Shown: positions 19,881 through 26,908 of the stretch, one piece after another
Numbering within the stretch: position 1 is the stretch's first letter
Layout: each line of letters starts with the position of its first letter
NCBI GenBank assembly: GCA_041572995.1
Contig: JBFFRO010000001.1
Location: forward strand, 1 to 26,908
Length of the DNA stretch: 26,908 bases
Source of the DNA: Thiohalomonadaceae bacterium
GTDB lineage: Bacteria; Pseudomonadota; Gammaproteobacteria; Thiohalomonadales; Thiohalomonadaceae
Direction: 5' to 3'
Translations under genes and position numbers: made by a program
The notes under the pieces: generated by a model
What the model was told of the DNA's origin: nothing
Databases searched by the model: none
Seen by the model: the letters and a program-made list of their open reading frames with translations, nothing else

Positions 19881-20108
19881 CTAGCCGATGTGGCGGCGGG
19901 CCGCCTCGCACCAGGCGACGTGCGGGTGCGAGACCTCATCGCTAATCACCAACTCCATTCCCAGCAGCCGGTGCAGATCTTCCACCCGCATCGCCTCAAG
20001 CTGGTTGCGCAGCGAACGCATCTGCAATGGGCTGAGGTAGAGCAGGTTGGGGGCAATGCCGTGTTCCTTGCGGAACTCGGTGAACAGGCGATAGATGAAG
20101 CTGAGCAT
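19881..20108 (-). CDS. Hypothetical protein, 75 aa
   Basis: ATG 20108 has a strong SD, AAGGAGG. A TATACT -10-like element lies at 20190-20185. The ORF fills the infA-bpt gap. Confidence 0.75.
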   Translation of the reverse strand: MLSFIYRLFTEFRKEHGIAPNLLYLSPLQMRSLRNQLEAMRVEDLHRLLGMELVISDEVSHPHVAWCEAARRHIG

Positions 20109-20213
20109 ATCAACCTCCTTCGCTTTCGAGGGGACACCCTTTATAGCGGCCGCCCTCAGCAAAGCTTTAGGGGCCGCTAATACCAGTATAGATGAGGGTG
20201 GGGTGCCTGGAGT

Positions 20214-21077
20214 TCAATCCAGGCCGAGGTCGAGATCCAGCAGGCTGAGGTCCAGCTCCGCCTCCTGGTAGAGCTCCAGGTCTTCCCAGCGGCCGTTGTT
20301 GAGGTGCTCCAGCGGTTTGAAACGGCGTTTGTAGCTCATCTTCGGGCAGTCGCCGATCCAGTAGCCGAGGTAGAGGTGAGGCAGACCTCGCAGGCGGCAC
20401 TGCTCGATCTGGCTGAGAACGGCAAAGCTGCCCAGTCCGCGGCGGCGCTCCTCGGGTTCGAAGAAGGTGTAGACCGCCGAGAGGCCGTAGTCGAGGACAT
20501 CGGTGATGGCCACTGCCAGCAGACGTCCACCGCGAGCGGCACTTTCGCGGAATTCGATAAATTCGCAGCGCCCCAGACCATCGACGAGAAAGTCGCGGTA
20601 ACGCTCCGGGTCGCGGTTGTCCATCACATCGCCACTGTGGCGATGCGCCTGGTAGCGGCAGTAGAGCTCGAAGTGCTCCTCATCGAAGGCCGCCTCGCGG
20701 ATGTGCAGCTCTAGGTCGGCGTTGGCCTTGATGCAACGGCGCTGGCTGCGGTCAGGTTTGAACTGTTCCACCGGAATGCGCACCGCGCGGCAGGCCTCGC
20801 AGTCCGGGCAGCGTGGCGCGTAGACGTGATGGCCGCTACGGCGAAAGCCCATCTCCACCAGTGCCGAGTAACTGGAGATGTCCATGGGCTGGATATCGAC
20901 GCTGACCTTCTCTTCGGCCTCCTCACTGTGCGGGTCCAGTGCCTTGGGGCCGCCCGGCACCGCCACCAGGAACTGGGCGGTGGGGCCGTCCAGATAGTTG
21001 CAGGGGTGGGGCACGCTGAGGCCGAACTTCATGTCGGCGGGCAGGCGCTCCAGTGGGGCCTGGTCCGGATGCTTCAT
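20214..21077 (-). CDS. bpt: Aspartate/glutamate leucyltransferase (ATE-like, Bpt)
   Basis: [47 protein letters not shown]. Overlaps aat by 4 bp. Confidence 0.9.
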   Translation of the reverse strand: MKHPDQAPLERLPADMKFGLSVPHPCNYLDGPTAQFLVAVPGGPKALDPHSEEAEEKVSVDIQPMDISSYSALVEMGFRRSGHHVYAPRCPDCEACRAVRIPVEQFKPDRSQRRCIKANADLELHIREAAFDEEHFELYCRYQAHRHSGDVMDNRDPERYRDFLVDGLGRCEFIEFRESAARGGRLLAVAITDVLDYGLSAVYTFFEPEERRRGLGSFAVLSQIEQCRLRGLPHLYLGYWIGDCPKMSYKRRFKPLEHLNNGRWEDLELYQEAELDLSLLDLDLGLD

Positions 21078-21811
21078 GGTGTATCCCCCTCGATGTCCCA
21101 GGGGCCGGGGAGGGTGGGATCATCACCGTACTCGTCCAGCAGCGCCTCGAAGCGGGGGCGGGGCAGGGTTTCGGCCCCCAGGCTCATCAGGTGGCCGGTG
21201 GCCTGCTGACAGTCGATGAGGCCGAAGCCGTGGGCCTTGAGCCATTCCACCAGACGGACCAGGGCCACCTTGGAGGCATCACGCTGGCGGCTGAACATCG
21301 ACTCGCCGAAGAAGACCCGGCCGATGGCGATGCCATAGAGGCCACCGACCAGTTCCCCCTCATGCCAAACCTCCACCGAGTGGGCGTGACCGAGGCGGTG
21401 CATCTCGCAGTAGGCCGCGCGCATTTCCTCGGTGATCCAGGTACCCGCTTCGCCCTCGGCCAGCTCTTCCTGTCGTGGTGCGGCGCAGGCGTCGATTACC
21501 TGCTCGAAGGCGGTATCCAGGGTGGCCGTGTAGCCGCGATTGCGCAGGCTTTTGCCCAGGCTGCGGCTCACCTTCAACTTGTCGGGAAAGAGCACTGCGC
21601 GCGGCTCCGGGCTCCACCAGAGGATGGGCTGATCATCGCTATACCAGGGGAAGATACCCCGGCGGTAGGCGGCCAGCAGCCAGGACGGTGAAAGCGCACC
21701 ACCCACCCCCAGCAGCCCGTCGGGGTCGCGACAGGCATACTCGGTAGGCGGGAATAGCGGCGGCCCCTCCGGCTCCAGCCAGAACGGCCCCTCGGGGCTT
21801 GGGTGACTCAT
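21074..21811 (-). CDS. aat: Leucyl/phenylalanyl-tRNA-protein transferase
   Basis: [61 protein letters not shown]. Start reassigned to ATG 21811; the longer ORF overlaps the upstream gene. Confidence 0.95.
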   Translation of the reverse strand: MSHPSPEGPFWLEPEGPPLFPPTEYACRDPDGLLGVGGALSPSWLLAAYRRGIFPWYSDDQPILWWSPEPRAVLFPDKLKVSRSLGKSLRNRGYTATLDTAFEQVIDACAAPRQEELAEGEAGTWITEEMRAAYCEMHRLGHAHSVEVWHEGELVGGLYGIAIGRVFFGESMFSRQRDASKVALVRLVEWLKAHGFGLIDCQQATGHLMSLGAETLPRPRFEALLDEYGDDPTLPGPWDIEGDTP

Positions 21812-21849
21812 GGGGCTATTGCACCATTGGCGATTGTACGGATGCAAGG

Positions 21850-22989
21850 TCAGGTGCCGCGGAATGGCAAATGGCCACGCATCTCCTCGGCGTACTCCCG
21901 AATTGCCTGCTCCTCGCGCTCGCAGTAACCGGCCACCGCTGCGGCGAAGTCGGCCTCGCGCAGCCAGTGGGCGGAGCGGGTGAGGCTGGGTTCGAAGCCG
22001 CGCCACACTTTGTGCTCGCCTTGGGCGCCGGGTTCGAATCGCTGTAGACCCTCACGCAGGCAGTAGTCGATCCCCTGGTAGTAGCAGAGCTCAAAGTGCA
22101 GGTCGTCAAAGTGCTCATCACACCCCCAGTGGCGGCCGTAGAGGGTGTCGTCTGAGCGTAGCGAAAGGGCGCCGGCAACCGTACGGCCTTCATGCTCGGC
22201 CAGCATCAGCACCAGCGCCTCGGGCATGGCCTCGGCCAGGTGGACAAAGAAGGGCAGGGTGAGGGTGGCGTGGCCGCCGCGCCGCTCGAAGGTGTCTCGG
22301 TAGAAGCGGTGGAAGTGGAACCAGTCCGCCTCGCTGGCACTGTGACCGTCCATAACCCGTACCGTGACGCCATGCTCCTGCACCCGTCGCCGCTCGCGCC
22401 GCAGTTGCTTGCGGCGCTTGCTGCTGAAGTCATCGAGAAAGGCCTCGAAGTCTCCCCAGCCGCGATTGTGCCAGTGGAACTGCACATCATATCGCAGGGC
22501 CAGTTGCTCCCCCTGGCAGAAGTCGGCATCACCCTCATCGAGAAATAGCAGGTGTAGCGAGGAGAGCGCCTCTTTTTCGGCCATCGCCGTGGCAGCCTGC
22601 AGCAGGGCGCGGCGGGCGGTCTCTTTGTCCTCGTCGCTGTGGATGAGGAAGCGCGGACCGGTGACCGGCGAGTAGGGCACGGCGCTGACTAGCTTGGGGT
22701 AGTAGCTGCGCCCGCTACGGGCATAGGCGTCGGCCCAGCTCCAGTCGAAGACCAGCTCGCCGTAGCTGTTCTCCTTGAGGTACAGCGGCAGGGCGCCGGT
22801 GAGCCGACCTGCATCGTCGCGCAGCAGCAGGTGGCGTGGGTGCCAGCCCCACTTCTCACCCACGCAGCCGTGGGCCTCCAGGCCGGCGAGAAACTCATGG
22901 CGCAGAAAGGGGTTACGAATGCCGCCGCCGAGTGCGTTCCACTCGGCGGCGGGGATCTCGGCCAGGGACTGACAGATGGTGACGGGCAT
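21850..22989 (-). CDS. FemAB-like tandem GNAT protein (COG3146/DUF482 type)
   Basis: [72 protein letters not shown]. The alternative start is GTG 22995. Confidence 0.88.
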   Translation of the reverse strand: MPVTICQSLAEIPAAEWNALGGGIRNPFLRHEFLAGLEAHGCVGEKWGWHPRHLLLRDDAGRLTGALPLYLKENSYGELVFDWSWADAYARSGRSYYPKLVSAVPYSPVTGPRFLIHSDEDKETARRALLQAATAMAEKEALSSLHLLFLDEGDADFCQGEQLALRYDVQFHWHNRGWGDFEAFLDDFSSKRRKQLRRERRRVQEHGVTVRVMDGHSASEADWFHFHRFYRDTFERRGGHATLTLPFFVHLAEAMPEALVLMLAEHEGRTVAGALSLRSDDTLYGRHWGCDEHFDDLHFELCYYQGIDYCLREGLQRFEPGAQGEHKVWRGFEPSLTRSAHWLREADFAAAVAGYCEREEQAIREYAEEMRGHLPFRGT

Positions 22990-23027
22990 AGCCACCAGTA
23001 TGGGGGCGAACAGCGGGGATTTCAGCC

Positions 23028-25022
23028 CTAGTCGGACAGTCGCTCACCACGTTTGATCTGCCACCAGCTAAGCGCCTTGAGGGCCCTGAAGCGCTTGCGC
23101 TCCTCTTTCAGTTCGGGGCGGATGGGGCGTTTCTGTCCCGCCAGCGCGTAGTGTCGGTAGCGCTCACGGTCAGTGGCAATGAAGTCCCGGCCGATGAGGT
23201 ACTGCCAGCCGAGAGCGCTTTTCCGTTCCGTGTTCAGCAGGTCGACGCCGTAGTGACTGTAGCGGAAGCCTTTCTCTGCGCTCAGTTCCACCAGGGTGGG
23301 GATGATGTCGATGTGGCTGCCGGGGGCGTCGCGGATGCCGCTCTCATCAAGGAACTCCGGGCCGTAGAGAATGAACGGCACGGCGTTGTGCTGGGCCAGG
23401 TCATCACCGGGGAAGTTGATGCTGAGGCGGGCGGTGTGATCGCCGGTGAGGGCGAAGAGCGTGCCGGGCAGGCGTTTTTCCGCCTCGCGTACGAAGCGAC
23501 CCGCTTCACGATCGGTGTACCAGAGGTGGCCGAGCACCTCCAGGGTTCCCGGCTTGGTCGCTTTAAGCGGTTCGGGTAGCGCCTTGATGGGGAAGCCGAG
23601 TGCATCCAGGTCCAGGTCGTAGGGGGGATGGTTGCTGGTGGTGAGGATGAGGTTGAAGCTCGGCTTCTCGTCATCGAGATTCTCAAGGATGAAGTCGAAC
23701 AGGCGCGCATCATCCACCCCCCACTCGTTGGTCCCGGAGCCATCGGCACCCATGTGGCCACCGCCGTAGATCTCGTCGAAGCCCTGGCGTTGGGCAAAAC
23801 TGTCGAGACGCTGCCAGCTGAGGTAACCGCCGTAGTAGAAGCGGGTGGTGTAGCCCATGCGCTGGAACAGTGTGGCGATGGACCCGGGGTAGGGGCGGGT
23901 GGCGCTGGTTTCATAATTGATGTTGAGCCCGGCATCGGGGAAACCGGTGACCAGGGCGTTCATCGAACCGATGGTGCCGCTGGAGGCGGGCAGGAAGTTG
24001 GGGAAGTAGAGCCCCTTCTCCGCCAGTGGCTGCAGCCCCGGACTGAAGCCCAGCTCGCGGTAGGGAGGCATGAGCACCCAGCCGCTGTGGCTCTCCATCA
24101 GCAGCAGGAAGATGTGGCGAGGACGTCGCTTGCCGTGGCCCCGTGCCTCGCTGCTCAGCCCCTCGGCAATATTGTCGCCTGCGTAATGGGGCAGGCCACG
24201 CTCCTTGCGCACCGTGGCCAGTGCGCTACGCAGGTTGCCCTCGGGCCAGATGTGCTTCAGGGCGCTACCGGTCTCCAGCTCCAGGCGGGCCTTGACCGTG
24301 TAGAAGAGTGCAGAGAAGGGGTTCAGCACGGTGCGATTGAGGTACATGTCCTCGACCACGAAGGCGTGCTTGAGACGCATCGGTTCGCCCCAGAGGGTGC
24401 CACCGCGGGCCATGGCGGTGAAGAAAATGAACAGCATCAGCAGTGACAGGCTGTGGCGCGGCAGGCGCCCGCTCCACTGGGGGGTGAATTCCAGCCAGCG
24501 TCGCAGCAGTCGCCATAGCGGCCAGATCACCACCGCCAGCAGGACGGTGAAAACGATCGGGTGGTACTCCTTCCAGATGGTGATCAGTACTGCCCGGGTG
24601 TCATCGTGGATGATGCCGAAGATATGGATATCGAACTGGTCACCGTAGACGTAAAAGAAGACCATGTCGGCGCCGATGAGCGGTACGCCGATAAGGAGGT
24701 AGAAGTAGGCGAAGGTCAGGCGCAGGCGTCGCACCCAGGCTAGCGCCGAGGGCCTGGCCAGGGCCAGCAGGAGGGCCGCGAGAACCACCGGCAGGACCCA
24801 GACGGCGGCGATGGCAATGTCGTAGCGCAGCCCCATGCCGAGCACCTTCAGCAGGGTCACGCTGTCACTACTGGGGGCGAGTTGTTCGTGGAATGTGCTG
24901 ATGAGTAGCAGCCGGAACAGCTGCAGGCTGATGACGATGAACAGCCAGAGTTGCAGGTCACGGCCCCACTGTCCAAGCAGGGCGTGCCAGCGGTCGGGGT
25001 ATTGTTCTGACGGCCGCTCCAT
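23028..25022 (-). CDS. LTA-synthase-family membrane phosphotransferase/sulfatase
   Basis: About five N-terminal TM segments (LRYD motif). The soluble domain has LLMES, SGT, TTSNHPPY and TGDH metal/catalytic motifs. GGAG SD. Confidence 0.85.
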   Translation of the reverse strand: MERPSEQYPDRWHALLGQWGRDLQLWLFIVISLQLFRLLLISTFHEQLAPSSDSVTLLKVLGMGLRYDIAIAAVWVLPVVLAALLLALARPSALAWVRRLRLTFAYFYLLIGVPLIGADMVFFYVYGDQFDIHIFGIIHDDTRAVLITIWKEYHPIVFTVLLAVVIWPLWRLLRRWLEFTPQWSGRLPRHSLSLLMLFIFFTAMARGGTLWGEPMRLKHAFVVEDMYLNRTVLNPFSALFYTVKARLELETGSALKHIWPEGNLRSALATVRKERGLPHYAGDNIAEGLSSEARGHGKRRPRHIFLLLMESHSGWVLMPPYRELGFSPGLQPLAEKGLYFPNFLPASSGTIGSMNALVTGFPDAGLNINYETSATRPYPGSIATLFQRMGYTTRFYYGGYLSWQRLDSFAQRQGFDEIYGGGHMGADGSGTNEWGVDDARLFDFILENLDDEKPSFNLILTTSNHPPYDLDLDALGFPIKALPEPLKATKPGTLEVLGHLWYTDREAGRFVREAEKRLPGTLFALTGDHTARLSINFPGDDLAQHNAVPFILYGPEFLDESGIRDAPGSHIDIIPTLVELSAEKGFRYSHYGVDLLNTERKSALGWQYLIGRDFIATDRERYRHYALAGQKRPIRPELKEERKRFRALKALSWWQIKRGERLSD

Positions 25023-25044
25023 GGCTCGTGCTCCCGGTGGAGGC

Positions 25045-26091
<1,047 letters not shown>

Positions 26092-26128
26092 CTAATACTA
26101 CGGAATGGAGCCGGGAGGGTAAAGCGTA

Positions 26129-26908
26129 ATGCGTATCGGTATTCCGCGTGAGGTGAAGACCCTGGAAGGACGGGTCGGTCTGGTGCCCGAGGCGGCGGCT
26201 GAACTGGTTCATGCCGGTCACCAGGTGCTGGTCGAGCAGGGCGCAGGAGAGGCCAGCGGTTACCCCGATGAGGCCTATGCCGCCCTGGGGGTGGAGGTGG
26301 TCGCCGATGCCGATGTCCTCTACGGCGAGGCGCAGCTCATCATTAAGGTGAAGGAGCCGCAGCCGCAGGAGTTTAAGCGCCTGCGCGCCGAGCATTGCCT
26401 CTTCTGCTACCTGCACCTGGCCGCCGAGCCGGTGGTGGCCCGTGCGCTGCTGGATATCGGCCTCACCGCCGTGGCCTTCGAGACCGTCGCCGAGGGGCAC
26501 GCGCTGCCGCTGCTGGCGCCGATGTCGGATATCGCCGGGCGCATCGCCGTGCACAACGGCACCCGCCTGCTGCAGCGCCCGGCCGGCGGCAAGGGCTTGC
26601 TCCTTGGCGGCCTGCCGGCGGCCGAGCGCGGCCACGTGGTGATCATCGGTGGTGGCACGGTGGGCGGCAACGCCGCTGCCATGGCCGCAGCCATGGGCGC
26701 CCGGGTGACGGTCTTCGACCGCATCCGCGACAGGCTGAGCGCATTGCGTGGCCTGGGGGCCAATGTCACCGCGCTCTACCCCTACGCCCAGGCCATCGAC
26801 GAGGCGGTACGCTCGGCCGACCTGCTGATCGGCGCGGTGCTGATCCCCGGCGCCAGGGCCCCGCACCTGGTCTCCGCCGCGCAGGTGGCGAGCATGGAGC
26901 CGGGCTCG
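26129..26908 (+). CDS. ald: Alanine dehydrogenase, N-terminal part (runs off the window; not in the ORF track)
   Basis: Manual translation: MRIGIPREVKTLEGRVGLVP, KVKEP, YLHLA, PLLAPMSDIAG, GKGLLLGG, IIGGGTVG, ADLLIGAVLIPGARAP. GGAGG SD upstream. Confidence 0.93.
   Translation, partial: MRIGIPREVKTLEGRVGLVPEAAAELVHAGHQVLVEQGAGEASGYPDEAYAALGVEVVADADVLYGEAQLIIKVKEPQPQEFKRLRAEHCLFCYLHLAAEPVVARALLDIGLTAVAFETVAEGHALPLLAPMSDIAGRIAVHNGTRLLQRPAGGKGLLLGGLPAAERGHVVIIGGGTVGGNAAAMAAAMGARVTVFDRIRDRLSALRGLGANVTALYPYAQAIDEAVRSADLLIGAVLIPGARAPHLVSAAQVASMEPGS

Noticed and set aside
21812-22006. Long N-terminal extension of Aat given by the ORF track; similar extensions for icd, clpS, cspD, trxB and the cytochrome gene
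   Set aside because: The extensions overlap neighbouring genes or promoters. Downstream ATGs match family N-termini, and several have clearer ribosome-binding sites.

Overview
A GC-rich gammaproteobacterial chromosomal segment, mostly core genome. From left to right it holds: the 3' end of acnB; a putative sigma54-driven hypothetical gene; a CHASE2-like membrane Ser/Thr kinase with a PP2C phosphatase and a stand-alone FHA protein; yebC; a RoxA-like di-heme c-type lipoprotein; and an SLC13/TrkA-C permease. It continues with nudJ-mnmA-hflD-dusC, a DUF6544-like gene, rluE, icd, cspD, clpS-clpA, infA, a 75-aa hypothetical gene, bpt, aat, a FemAB-like (COG3146) gene, an LTA-synthase-family gene, trxB and the 5' part of ald (ald is absent from the ORF track). 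I see no rRNA, tRNA, CRISPR array or mobile element. The best leads are: (1) the kinase/phosphatase/FHA module, whose FHA protein has a Thr tail suggesting a GarA/OdhI-like self-switch; (2) three tandem GNAT/FemAB-fold transferase genes facing clpSA; (3) a 75-aa protein whose pattern resembles an isolated HK97/encapsulin A-domain; (4) a sigma54 promoter with three phased upstream repeats; and (5) the RoxA-like lipoprotein. All family calls come from motif recognition by eye; no database search was run.
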